A DNA stretch of 64,000 nt, taken from assembly GCA_028534125.1 (NCBI GenBank), contig CM052817.1:12216001-12280000 (forward strand). The letters run 5' to 3'. The notes below the pieces were generated by a model. It searched no databases. It was not told the origin of the DNA and saw only the letters and a list, made by a program, of their open reading frames with translations. Within the stretch, counting starts at the first letter, position 1. The number at the start of each line of letters is the position of its first letter. This DNA comes from Lama glama (lineage: Eukaryota). Of the stretch, positions 1 through 12,968 are shown piece by piece. A program made the translations under genes and the position numbers.

Positions 1-1268
1 ATAGGCAGAATATATATTAAACATGTATTTATGGCAAACTCTATAATTTCTTTTAGAGAAATTAATTCCCATGGCAATCCGTTTCTAGATTTGCCCAGAA
101 CAGTTGTTGAAATCACAATTAAAATGTTTTCCTTGGCTTGGAAAGGGGGAGGAATTGGGCCCTCGGTTGTCCAGCTGAGAGAAACAGCCCTTTATGGAGG
201 AGGAGGTAACATTCTTTCTGTCCATAATTCAGTGGCTTAATCCTTAGCAACAGATCTAATCATTGCTTCAGGCTTTCCAGCTGAGTTAAACCAACATCGT
301 GCTACAAAGACCATTAAGGAAAGGCTTGCTTGTTCATATATTGATTAAATCCTATACATCATCACCCCATTTTTAAGGTCGAAATGAATAGAAGTTAGGA
401 AACTCTCCCAGCATCCTCAGATGACTAAATGTTTAATTATTGAGAGAAGGAGTAGCCTCACTCTGCTGCAAAACCTGCAGCCTGATGTGTCTGTTTAACT
501 GGCCTTCACCTTACCTTGAACGACTGCCTCCCTTAAGATGCGCTCCTTTCAGAAAACGGTTCTACGGGATATTTGCCACCTCTTGAACAGCATCAGTTGA
601 GTTCCTTTTATCAGACCATATTATCTGTGTACTTAATGATGTTTCCCCCTTACTTGAGCTTGGAAATTGCACAGGTCAAACCTCTTGCTCTGCTACAGAC
701 TTCATAAAGACCAAGGATTTTTCATACTATTTGTGCCCTTCTGCTTGCTGAAAGCTTGGTGTGTGTAACACTTAAACACTGTGTTCCCCTTTCTATTTTA
801 ACAGTCTTATTTGTGTGTGTATGTGTATTGTAAACCATAGGACACTTATTTTTGTATTGTGCGACCTATAAATAATACATTTTGAATTATAAATGTAACC
901 ACAAGCTATCCTAAAATCAATGCTAGCTGTGCCATCTTTGGCAAGTTTTCTTATCTGTAAAATGGGGATTACAATGTTTATCTTATATTGTTGTGATGAG
1001 GACAAAATGAATTAATAATGCAAAGTATGAATTGTAAAGTACAAACTTGACCATTGGCTCTAAGCTCCATGATACCATAGGAAGTAATTTAACCAGTTGT
1101 AGATTCCCAAGGCTTCAGACCACACCTAGCATTCATTGTCAAGGCTTTTGGCCATGGGATCTCACAGGCCTGGGATACCTTCACCTTTATAATGTCTTCC
1201 TGCTTCCTGCCAACCCAGATAGAACTGATTCCCTGGTCCTCGATGTTACTCTGCTATTTTGGATATAT

Positions 1269-1480
1269 TAGCATTTCTCAGCCTTGCTGTCATTGGCATC
1301 TGGGGCTGGATAATTCTTTGTTGCGGGTGTCTGTCCTGTTCATTGTAGGGCATTTATCAGAATCCCTAACCTCTACCCATTTGATGCCAGTAACATGCTC
1401 CTAGTGTGGCAACCAGAAAAGTCTCCAGGTGTTGCCAAGTATCCCCTGGTTGGCCAAACAGTCCTAGTTGAGAAACACTG
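1269..1480. mobile_element. MER20 (hAT-Charlie)
   Basis: GGGGCTGGATAATTCTTTGTTG..CCTCTACCCATTTGATGCCAGTAACA..GTTGAGAAACACTG. Confidence 0.85.
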
Positions 1481-1509
1481 ATTTACAACATTTTATGGTA
1501 CTTCTTTTA

Positions 1510-1755
1510 TTTAATGAACGTTTATTATAGCACCTATAATATGTCAGAGATTTTTCTAAAAGCAATGCATATGTCAATATTAGTACTTGTAAGTTAGGTG
1601 CTAGTATCATATCTGGTTCACAGCTGGGAGATCTAGATGGGGGAGGTTAGAGCTGAGGAATCTGAAGCACAGAGAAGCTGCGTGACTTGTCCCAGCTCGT
1701 AAGTGGAGAGTGGGGCTTCACACTCCATTCACATGCTCTATCCGCCATGCTGTGC
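1510..1755 (-). mobile_element. MIR SINE
   Basis: TGAGGAATCTGAAGCACAGAGAAG..TGACTTGTCCCAG..GTAAGTGGAGAG; antisense MIR core. Confidence 0.7.
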
Positions 1756-4093
1756 TCTGTCCCCCCGGGGCTGTGCAAGCCCTGGAGTCTTGGGGGGGGG
1801 GTGGGAGTGGGGGTGAGGCTCAGAGGCTGGAATTATCTTTGGTTCCAGAACATCAAGCCTGGTATAAATGTTAAGCTAGGGGAACCAGTGCCTGTCGGTA
1901 ATTCTACCTCTTTACCAAGAAAGGCTTTACATCAAAGGGGAAGTAAACAATTTCTACTCTAGTGTATTAAATAACTTCTAGATGAGGAGACTGAGACTTA
2001 GGGGGAGTAAAAGATCCCCCAAGGTCACAAGGCTGGTGAATGGCAGAGAGAGGCCATGATTCAGGGTCTTCTGACATGCAGTTCAGTGCCCTTTTTTTCC
2101 CACATCACTCTCCTTTCTTTGTTTACTTTATCAAAATTAACATCATCACCATCACCACGATCATCACCATCACCACCCACGTTCCGGTGATGACTATTTT
2201 GTATGTTCATTAAAACCCCCCAGGTTATGACTTCACTGCACTTCTTTTCCCATCCATGACAGAGAAATTCAAAGCTCAAAATATTTAATACCTCCACGAA
2301 TAACTCCCTGCTCAGTAACACTAGTCTTCAAATCATCCTAGTCAATTATATCTCAGTAGAGCTGGGGGCAGGGGGTGGGGGGATTCTAAACTCTTTAATT
2401 CTCATCGCTAGGTTTTATTCCTTTCACAGTCAAGATTCTTGAAGTTCTGCATAAATGATGTTGTTTTTATATATAGGAATTATTAATTGTTGACTTTAAG
2501 GTTTGGGGTATAGTGGTAGGACTATTATAGAATTATCAGAGCTTTCCAAGCGTTCAAATTACTCCCCACTCTCCTCCTTGGTCCTTAATATCACTGTTCT
2601 CTGGTCTGCCGGTGACCTCTAGGCAGAAGGTAATGGTACAGCCCCTGTTCTGACTTCTGATTACTGGAGCCAGAAAAGAATCTTCAATTATTTAGGAATT
2701 TAAATACGTACAATATTATTAATAAGGCAGGGTCATAGTTGAATGATATCATCAAAATAAATCTTACACACAAGAAGGTATTTTTCACCTTTATTTTATG
2801 TGATTTGTGAAACACCCAGAAGGTCCTTTGGCTTCCTCTAAATACCTACTTACTCAAAGGCTATAAGGTCTTAAATATTAGCATTAATAAATGAATCCTT
2901 TTGCATGCTATGTTCTTTTAAAAGTCAAAAGCCCTCAGAAGGAAGTGTTAATTAAAATTAATTCACACTGAGGTATTAATAGCAAGGCAGAGTGAAGAAA
3001 ATTTGTAGACACAGAGTTAAAAGACTTAACTGACTTACCTTGCTACTTTGAACAAGTCACTTAACCTCTCTCAGTTTGAGTTTCTTCATCTGGAAAATGG
3101 AAATGATAAAACTGACCCACAGAATTCTATTATGAGCATTAAATAATGTAATGCAAGTAAAAACACTTTTTAAAGGCTAATATTGCTGTTTTTTTCAGCT
3201 TTTTGTGACATTCTTCTAACTAAAAGCCCACGATATAAGACCATTGAATGGCTAAGATGGAGACATTTAAAATAAATTCCCTGGACTTCAAAGTTTTAGT
3301 CACAGTAATCGTTGCATATTGGAAAAAAAAACTAATAATGAGTTTACAGGATTTCTGGAGTATCAGAGAAAATTGAAGGCCAACTGACTAAAAATGGAAC
3401 AGCAAAAAGATTTCTCAAATGACCATCTGCTTTCTAGATATTACACTCCCTACTCATCACCCCGGCCCTTCCAGACTTCTGGCTGTCCCCTTTGCATTTG
3501 AAAAAATAAAAGTCATTATTCAGCTTCTGACTGGACTTTTAAAATCCAAAGTGGAAGTTATATTCCTATATTAAGTCAGGGAAGTGCTATTGAAAACCAT
3601 CTGATACATGTATAAAACCAAGGTTTAATATCAACCAGCCTAAGGGGAGAGACTAATCTATGCTTTTGGAAACCAATATATGAGGGTCTTGGTAGCCACC
3701 AATTTAAATCTTAACAATAGAGAAAAATATCTTGTTGCATTTGGGGCTGGTCACCTGAACACTATGCTTATCAAGAGTCTGAGACAGTCCTACCTGCTCT
3801 GTCTCTCTCTGAAGTCACACTGTTAGAGACGGTGTAGTCCCAGCAGGCATCGTCAAAACGCCATTGCTACCTTGTGGGGAGGTCACAGCAAACAAATGAT
3901 TGCCCACCTAGACTAGGGACGCGAGCTGCTAGTCTCTCTCCTCTCTCCAGATTCGTAGTCACTGGCTATTCCTAGCCGCTCTGCTCTGCCACATATTTTT
4001 ACAAACTTTGTCTAATTTAATTTTCCCAGCAAAGCAGGGGGAGGGAGAAGTGCTCTTGTCCTCTGCAAGCTGCCATTGGAGTTCCTGCAGCCT

Positions 4094-4276
4094 GAGGAGT
4101 TAAGTGCGTGAGGGTCAGGTGTGGAACGGAGATTCAAACTTTGATGTTCTTGTTTTAAGTGAGCACGTTTTCTCTACCTCACAACCCAGGGAATAAATAA
4201 ACCTTAACATATCACATGGTCAGTTCCTGACGAGCCCAGCACAAATAGCAGGACTGTACCTAATCCTGAATTAAAA
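4094..4276 (+). repeat. 183-bp dispersed direct repeat, copy 1 (likely donor)
   Basis: Ungapped match to 5842-6024, about 17 mismatches by hand count. Confidence 0.95.
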
Positions 4277-5019
4277 CCTCAATCCTCTGTATCCTATGCT
4301 TCTTTATTATACCTGTTAGTGCTTGTATTACATTTTTTATATCAAAAATCATGAGACTCTCCCATACTAGAATTAACATTGAAGTATTTCCTACAATTCC
4401 AATCTTTCCAACACATTCATTCATTCACTCATTCATCCATTCATTCGTACCTCCCACGTTTGGGGCCCCAGGAACACAGAAATACATATAACAAGCAAAA
4501 TCCAGAAGTTCTCATTCTAACTTTTGTTGAATGAATGAAATACAGCCTCTCTTGACTATTTTAGTTACTCCCCTAAATCCCTGGAGATATAAATTATCCT
4601 TTCATAGCTCTTCACTCACACATGTTTTTTATTTTAGGATTTTTCCCCCCACCAAGTATGTATATCTAGCAAGTGATACTTAAGGTCTGGAAAATAAGTT
4701 CTCATGTGGTAGGACCTTTTGTCACCTATTTCAAAAACAAAGTCCACATTTCTCCTTCATCTTACTTTTGCTTTTACAGCCATAAACTTGTCTGTATTCA
4801 TTATAATCATAGTCACTGACACAGATAATCAGCCCAGTATGTGAAGGGGATTTTCAGAATTTTCACAAGGCTGGAGAAGGGTTCCTTGGGTGAAATTTAA
4901 CCGGGTCCACATTAAATTTTTGTGCTTGCATGGAATACATTTTTAGGTTTTTACTTTCTAATGTATCCACTCTTGTGTATAGATCCTCCACACCTGCATT
5001 TGTTTTCTTTTTTAATATT

Positions 5020-5645
5020 TCCTGGCATTTTTCATTTAAAAATAATTTTATAATGCCTTTAGATTAAAAAAAAACATTTGCAAAGATTACAAATATAGAG
5101 TTCCCATATTTATTTTGCCCTGCTTTTCCCATTGTCAACATCTTATATTTCCATGGTTCATTTGACAAAATTAAGAAATTGACATTGGTACATTACTATT
5201 ACCTAAAGTCCAGTCTTAATTTTGATTTCACCAGTTTTTCCATTAACATCCTCTTTCCCAGTATCTAGTTTGTACCATACAGCACTGTCCTATCTCCACA
5301 GTGCTTCTAGTCTGTGACACTCTTTTCTTAGTTTTCGTGGCTTTGACAGTCTTGAGGATTGTTAACATTCTTAGAATTTCCCTCAATCTGCATTTGTCTG
5401 AGGGTTTCCTCATGATTAGATGAGGGATACAGGTTTGGGGAAGAATACCGCAGAAGTGAAGTGCCTTTCTCATCTCATCTTGTCTGCTACGTGATGTCCA
5501 CGTGGTATCACTGACGATGTTAAATTTCACCAGTTGGTTAATGCAGTGTTTGGGGAGCTTTCCTCACTGTGCAGTCATTATTTTCCCCTTCCCTGTGCTA
5601 TGCTTTGGAAAGAACCACCAAGTCTAGCATGTTTTCAGGGGAGAC
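5020..5645 (-). mobile_element. Old L1 (L1MC-like) 3' UTR
   Basis: AGAGTTCCCATAT..AAGAAATTGACATTGGTACATTACTATTA..CTCATGATTAGA..GAATACCGCAGAAGTGA motifs typical of L1MC 3' ends. Confidence 0.75.
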
Positions 5646-5841
5646 AGAGAGAATCTATACTCTGCCATCCTGACAGTTGGAATTAGTATTAGTCCATAAC
5701 AAAGCTTTGCTACTTCATAACTATTTGGAAATTCATTGTTTAAGATCACAATATCTCCTTAAATTGCTTGATAAATCTCTCTATATATACAGATAAGTAT
5801 TCTCACCCTCTGCATGCTACTGATGAAGGTACTTGTAGATG

Positions 5842-6024
5842 GAGGAGTTAAGTGTGTGAGGGTCAGGTGTGGAACTGAGATTCAAATTTTGATGTTCTTG
5901 TTTTAAGTAAGCACTTTGTCACTACATCACAACCCAGGGAATAAATAAACCTTAACATATCACATGGTCAAGTCCTGACAAGCTCAGTACAAATAGCAAG
6001 ACTGTATCTAACCATGAATTAAAA
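5842..6024 (+). repeat. 183-bp dispersed direct repeat, copy 2
   Basis: Ungapped match to 4094-4276; abuts the L1 fragment at 6021-6125. Confidence 0.95.
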
Positions 6025-6125
6025 AAATACACAGGTATGGATATACATATATATGTCACTGAATCACTGCTGTACTCCTGAAACGAATACAACATTGTAA
6101 ATCAACTATACGTCAATTAAAAAAA
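6021..6125 (+). mobile_element. Very short L1 3'-terminal fragment
   Basis: ACTGAATCACTGCTGTACTCCTGAAACGAATACAACATTGTAAATCAACTATACGTCAATTAAAAAAA, a laurasiatherian/cetartiodactyl-type L1 terminus. Confidence 0.85.
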
Positions 6126-6459
6126 TATTAAATTCCTTTAAAGGTTGTTGAGTGACTTTCCAATAACATAGCTGGAAAGTTCTTTCCCAGGGGACAGTAA
6201 GCCAAAGTGTTCTCTTTGCATCCCTGCCCTTCCACCAGCCTCCAAGGAACAACATTCCTTTTGCACCTTGTTTTATATTATCAAAAACTTAGGAGTCTAG
6301 CCTCAACTCTTTCAAAAGTCTCTTCCAAAACAAAGAGCTTCCAAAAGCTAAAAATTTATATTTTCTAATGAGAACAGTCATGTTGACTCAATAGACAGAT
6401 TTGAATTCTGATCACATTGTTTTAGGCAAATTACCTAACATCTCTGAGACTCAGTTTCT

Positions 6460-7302
6460 CTCTTTTTCTTTTTTTTAATTTTAACTTTAACAACCTTTAT
6501 TGGTTTTCTTTGATTGCTTCTGGCCCGGCGTTGGAAGGGCTCTCTGGGCTCTTCTGGCTTTGTTTCTGGGCTTCTACAGCTGCAACTTTTAAGGCTCTTT
6601 TTTGCTCCTTTAGCTTTTGAACCTTCTGGAAAAGCCACATGCACAAACCCAAGCAGCAGTGGGTTTTTTAATAGAACAGAGCGGGAAAGGTGTACTCAGT
6701 CCTCAGTTTCCTGCTTGTCTGCTCAAAGATAGCATAGTTGGTCTTACTGAATTATTTGAGCATCTTTTTCCTCTGGTCACCGCTCATCAGCAAATAGCAC
6801 TTGTGGCTTGGTTCTTTCGATATTTCTGCATATGTTCTTTATAATTGTGGAACTTGACAGTCAAGGCAACAATTTGAGCATGCAGAGAGCTGGCGTTTTC
6901 AGTTTTCCACCACCTTGTTCATCAGCAGAGTTTTCTTGATTTTTAGGTTCTCCTTCTGTTATTTCCAAAGACAACAAGGAGATAAATGGCAGATCATGGG
7001 TAAATAAATATATTTCTTTTTACTCTGGAAAAGGCACTTCTGATAAGCATGTCTGTTCACAACATCATCAACCTTCTCAATTCCAGGGATGTTCTGGCAG
7101 TCCTTGAGCAGCATGGAAAGAGGCAGGACATCTTTTTGGCTGGCAGCCTGAGGATGAGACCTCCAGGAGGTGAGGGAAGGCCCCACTGACTGGAGGGAAG
7201 CCTGGCGCATGCTCCGCCCAGCAGTGGGAGTACTGGAGCCGGGGTCACTGTTTGGGTTCAGTTGAGCTCCACGTCTTCCATGCCACCCTCACCATGGTGA
7301 CC
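6460..7302 (-). pseudogene. MRPS15: Processed pseudogene of mitochondrial ribosomal protein S15
   Basis: Minus strand has ATG at 7295 (MVRVAWKT vs MLRVAWRT), then [36 protein letters not shown] and [14 protein letters not shown], matching MRPS15 as I recall it. Intronless; frameshifts, stops and deletions present. Stop TAA (6499-6497) overlaps AATAAA; A-rich tail at about 6460-6480. TSD GAGACTCAGTTTCT at 6446-6459 and 7303-7316. Confidence 0.93.
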
Positions 7303-8329
7303 GAGACTCAGTTTCTTGATCAGTACAAACTGATTAAATATAATAATGTCTCATGTGGTTTTGAAATATATAAAATTTCTAATTTAAATATGCATACATT
7401 AAATGCTATTTTCCTCCTTGAATTGAGACTTCTCATGGTCTAAAGAAAACTTCAAACTATTAGATGTGGTCTTAAATTCTGATCCTATCCTTAGGAAAAT
7501 TACTTATATTTTTTGAGATTCAGTTTCCTCATCTATAAAGAGTAGCTGATATAATGATTTTCTTATCATTTGTTGATGTTCAAATGAGGTTATGTATAGG
7601 AAATATCTGATTCAAATATGTCATCATATAGACTTTGTTCTTTTCTCTCTTTGGATTCCATCCTGATTTTAGTTGTATTTGCCCAAAAGAAGAGACAGCA
7701 TTAAGATAGCAATCTGTTCCAATGATGAGAGAACATAAGCTTTCAAGTCAAGGAGACCCAGGAGTGAATTCTGGCTCACCAACTCATTAATACTTGCAAT
7801 GTACCTTTCGGCTTCTCCAATTTCCTCATTTGTGAAATAGTACAAATAGTGTTGGGAAGGTTAAACCAAATAATGTATTCAAAAATGGTGTTTATTTTTT
7901 GAGATATGAATGCTAAAAGAAATAGTGCTTTTAATATATAAGTAAAGTGAGTCAGATTTTTACCTTATTATAGAAAATTTATTTTCAATGAATATTTCTG
8001 AAACTATAACTAGATTAACCTCAGTTTGAATTACAGCTCTGAGAAATCATCAGGAGAAATGTTCTGGGTAACAATGGCATTAAACCCCTTTATGGATCAG
8101 CCACATATTCATTTACTCAGCTAATACTGACTGAGCACCTACTATGTGCTGGTGTCTTTTCTGGTCACTGTTTATTCTAGGTTATTTGAAAGCATTCTTT
8201 CCCACATAGTTTAAGATGATGTCAGTAAAAAGTCATCAAACTAACTACATAATTATAAACATTTGGTTATCACATCATTACATCATGAGCTATATTCGAT
8301 AAAAAAATGAAACAAAAAAGACATTTCAG

Positions 8330-8850
8330 AAATGTCCAACAGATGACTGGATAAAGAAGATGTGGTATATTTATACAGTGGAATACTATTCAGCCATAAA
8401 AATGACAACATAACACCATTTGCAGAAACATGATGTCCCTGGAGAATGTCATTCTAAGTGAAGTAAGCCAGAAAGAGAAAGAAAAATACCATATGAGATC
8501 GCCCATATGTAAAAGAAAAAAACCCAAAAAAACCATAAATACAAAACAGAAACAAACTTATTGACATAGAATACAAATTTGTGATTGCCAAAGGGGCGGG
8601 GGGTAGGAAGGGACAGACTAGGAGTTCAAAATTTGTAGATACTGACAGACATATGTAGAATAGATGAACAAAATTATACTGTATAGCACAGGGAAATATA
8701 TACAAGATCTTGTGGTACAGCTCACAGTGAAAAAAAATGTGACAATGAATATATGTATGTTCATGTATAACTGAAAAATTGGGTTCTACACTGGAATTTG
8801 ACACAACATTTTAAAATGACTATAACGCAACAAAAAAATTAAAAAAAAAA
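8330..8850 (+). mobile_element. Young 5'-truncated L1 3' end (camelid-type 3' UTR)
   Basis: ORF2 end (GATGACTGGATAAAGAAGATGTGG...ATTCTAAGTGAAGTAAGCCAG), 3' UTR and poly(A). TSD AAAAAAGACATTTCAG at 8314-8329 and 8845-8860. Confidence 0.93.
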
Positions 8851-10149
8851 GACATTTCAGGACAGCAAATGTTATATTTGCAAGAATCTAGCCAGGGGTT
8901 GAGTGCTGCTTTCTGTATCTAAGGTGATACTTCATAGATGACAATACAATGTGCCTCAGGTAAGTCGGATTAGCACTGAGACCTTCTCTGAAGAGCACCT
9001 GAAAATTACGGGGGTTTTCTGTAAACTTCATGGATATTGCCCCGAGTTTGGAAAGAAAAAAAAAAAAAGGCTCTAATTCTGGAGCAGAGCAATTCTAGCA
9101 GAAGGCTGCTGTAGATCTTACCTTTGCTGTCAGTTAAAATATTTTTTTCTCATGGACTCCTAGAACACTGAGGCCATGGATTTGCTCCAAAAGAGATCCA
9201 ATTGTGCACTTCTTATTAACACTGTACATATGTCAATAATAATTCTTTGGAAAATTAACCTAAACTGGGCTTGATATATGAGTATCAGAGGGCTTTTAAA
9301 CTCTCCGTGTAGGATTATTTATCTGCTAGATAATGTTACAGCTAGAGAAAGGTAAACATATATGTGCATAGGGCAAAGAGTCATGATCTATATAATAAGG
9401 TATTTTAATTAGTGATACACGACATATTAGCATGATTATCAGAAGTGCCTTCTCCAGATTAAAAAAAAAAAATTACCCATGATCTACTACTTCCTTATTG
9501 TGTGGCCCTGGGAGACTTTCTCTAACTCCTTTACTGCTGGGTTTCCACCTTTATGCAACAGAACTGAGTCAATTCTCTAACTTAGGGGTTAACGTAATGA
9601 TTAACTTAAACTGATGAGTCTAAAGTGCCTGGTGCAGAGTTTTGTGCACTTTAAGTGCTCAATGAATAATGTTCAATATTTTTGTCATTTTAGTACCATT
9701 ACTATTGTAATTTATGATAGTAGTAATGATGGCCTGACACCAATGAGAAGAAAGATCTCCCAAATATTCTCCACTATGTTAATTTTGCACCTTGTTTATT
9801 CCGCAGCCATTTCCAGGGTATTCTACCTTCCTGTGGTCTTTTCCATTCTCTATTTCTCACTGCAGTGTGACTCACACTGAGGTTGTTCTTTGCAGAGAAT
9901 CTAGGGGGAGCTTGTGGTACAGAAATTAACAAAGCACCAGCTAAAATAAGGAAGGTTGTTTACTGGAAGCTACCTGAGCTTTGAAGTAAAACAGAGCTGG
10001 GTTTGGCTTGCTCTCTGTCATTTGCTATCTCTGTAACCTCGCACATGTCTCTTAGGTTCTTACTCCTCAAATCCTCATCTGTAAAGGAAATAAATCATAT
10101 CCATCTCCCAGGGCAGTATGAAAGTTCAGAAGATAAAGAACATGTAAAA

Positions 10150-10510
10150 ATTAAGAAAATGAAATACAAAATTCAAATAGAAAAATGAATAAAAGACATA
10201 AACTTTTCACAAAAGAAGAAACATAACTGACTGTTAAATATATGGCAAGATTTTCATTTTCAATAGTAATATGGAAAATGCAAGTAATACCATAATGAGA
10301 TACCATTTTACCTATCAGATTGACATTAAAAAAATCTGACAACATTAAATACTGGTGGCAGAATAGAAACTGATTCATGGTGGCCAGATAATAGTACAAC
10401 TATTTTGGAAAACAACTTATCATTAACCAGCAGAGCTGAAAGTTTGCATACACTAGGACCTAACCATTTTGCTACCCAGTCTTTACAGAGAGGAACTATT
10501 TTAGGAAAAG
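10150..10510 (+). mobile_element. Ancient L1 (L1ME-like) ORF2 C-terminal remnant
   Basis: AAAATGCAAGTAATACCATAATGAGATACCATTTTACCTATCAGATTGACA..TTTTGGAAAACAACTT. Confidence 0.7.
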
Positions 10511-11299
10511 AAGAGAACTTGAAGATGATTGACATTTTTATCACCATTTATATGCCAAGGCCTTTACAATGTCTTTTATTCTCTCAGACATTCTGTAAAT
10601 GTGGCTCTTAACTCCAGATAAAATATTCATGTGGAGCAATCCTTACAGATCATACTCTAGAGTACCATTTATAATTTCTTGATTTAATTAAGTACTGGCC
10701 CCTGTACAGACATATGTACACTGTGTCAGTTATTCATCCGGGGGACTGATTAGACATCATGTCAGAAGGATGGGGTGGGGAAGTCAGTGGAGATACCTGC
10801 TTTGCATCCTGTCTCAGGTCTACACGAAATCTGAGTTTTAGCCTCTGCTGTCACTTAGCCAGTAGTTCGCCTTTCCAACAGGGTTCATAAATTACTCTTC
10901 AAATAAACTTTACTCATAAATCACTAGTTTCTAGTAACATATTATAGGATTTTTACACTAGATCCCAGACATTTTCCTCCTCTCGTTACGAGATACCATT
11001 CTGCTTGGTGATAGGAGATGGGTACACATGATGAGCAATATGCCACCGTATAATTCCATAGCAGAATACTTTGAAACAAGCCCTCTTAATCAAGTGCTGC
11101 ATAATAGATTCACCAGGCAGACAGAGTTCCCACTTCATGGGGTAAAACATATTGACATGGACACACTTTCAGTCTCAGGGTCTCAAGTCTCCTTTTTCAG
11201 TTTGTTAGCATATTAGTTCTCTGATTTGCTGAGTGGTATATTTATCCAGAGCCAGCTTTCTATGCTTCCGAGGGTGATTGTGTCAATATTCCTTGTCTT

Positions 11300-11610
11300 T
11301 ATACTGATGGAATTTTACTTAATATTGCATAAATTTGTTAAATAAAAAAATGTGAAAGGAGTTTTTATAAGAAAACTATGTGTAAAGAGTCAATAAAGAG
11401 AATTCCTTAAAATACTGTGGAATTAGGTGTAGGTGAGACAATTAACAAGATAAGGAAAGCAATTAAAAGTCTAAGGCAAATACAAAAGACTGATGTATTT
11501 CATGAGTCGTTCTAAACCATTGCTTCAGTTTAAAGAACCTGGAACTGGTAATTGTATAAGATGCATTAGGGGTGAAATTTATGTAAGAAAGATAAAGGAA
11601 ATGCAAAGAT
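11300..11610 (+). mobile_element. Ancient Tigger (TcMar/pogo) transposase-derived fragment
   Basis: GAATTAGGTGTAGGTGAGACAA..TTTAAAGAACCTGGAACTGG..GATGCATTAGGGGTG..TTTATGTAAGAAAGA resembles the HTH/CENP-B-like region of Tigger elements. Confidence 0.5.
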
Positions 11611-12782
11611 GGGCATTGGCATGTCGTCTTTGTATGTTTTAAGTTTTAAATGTTATGTTTCCCTGCTGCATCAGCCTTTACAATTTATTGATCAATTGTC
11701 TTTTCTGATCTGGTTTGATAAAGGGGATTCTACAGTAGTGATAAAGTTTCATCATCTAATACAGGTAATTAGAAGAAAAGAGCCTGCTTTAGGCAGGATT
11801 GTATGTGCAGACAGTATACAAGGACATTTTCTCAGCTAATTCTAAAATAACGAGCACCTGTATAGTAGTGTACAGTCCCATTTCTGGAGATGTTTTAAGC
11901 TCAGGACCCCTCCCTCCTGGTTGCTGGGTAAGTTACTTTTTGTTTGGGGACCAGATTTGATTTATGCCAAGGACCTTATGCATTCAATAAAAATTTGTTC
12001 ATCTGAAACCCTAAATTCAAGAATTTTGTTTTTCTAAGAGTCACCATGATTTTGTAGGCCCAATGTTAAAGCTCCTACTTGTCCTGGGATATACTTTTCT
12101 GGGTTAATGTAGTCGTGGGGGTGTGTGATTGCCCAGAGCCCTCTTGTGGGTTCCTCATGGTGTCCAGCAGTAAGCTGGAGGAAGGATCTTCCTCCCTCTC
12201 TAGCTCTGGGAGGTGAGCAGCACAGATTACCTAATTCAGGCTACAATGGAGGTAACAGTGGGAGTGGCCACCAGTCATCCTTGTCAAGTTAAACACAGTG
12301 CCTGTAGCAATTCTCAAAAATTCTTGGCATTCAGTTTCCTGGTGCCAAGACAGATTGATTAGCAGCTCTGCTCCTTCCAAAACACCGTTATTCAGGGATG
12401 CTTGTCTCTTCCACTACTCCCAGTGTTCAGGTGACTCATACTGCCATATAAGCATGGACTTAAACCTTACAAATCAGTCGTGTTTTCCATTATGTAAATG
12501 TAATGGTGGTACCTAAGGAGGTAGAGGATGGTTGTGGCTTAGAATGGATTATCACCATAGGGAATAAAAAAAAAAATCTTAAAAATGCAATGGCGATCTT
12601 GAAAAGATCTGCAACTTGCTGGTGTCTTTACTAGCAGTTCACTTGGAGCCATCTGAGCTCCTGAATCATTGATCAAAAAGTCAAAGCTTCATTCTAATAA
12701 AAATAATAGTTAGCATATACTGAGATCATATTGTGTTCCAGGGGTCTTAATAAGGGCTTCTTGTTTTATTTAATGTTTTAAT

Positions 12783-12968
12783 CAGTGGTTATTGAACTTT
12801 AGTGTGTGTAAGAGTTTCCCGGTGAGCTGCTAAAATGCAGATTCACAGCTAACACCTCCCATCCGCTAGTTCAGATTCAGAGTCCAGGGGCAGGATCCCC
12901 AAATTTGCATTTTCAGCAAGCTCAGTCGGTGCTACAGGTCTAATAGACAAAGGCTGAGTAGCTCTGCT
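12783..12968. mobile_element. MER5A-like (hAT-Charlie)
   Basis: CAGTGGTT..TAAAATGCAGATTC..AATTTGCATTTTCAGCAAGCTC. Confidence 0.7.

Noticed and set aside
6435..7248. Several short ORFs as independent genes
   Set aside because: All are frames or antisense frames of the disrupted MRPS15 retrocopy.
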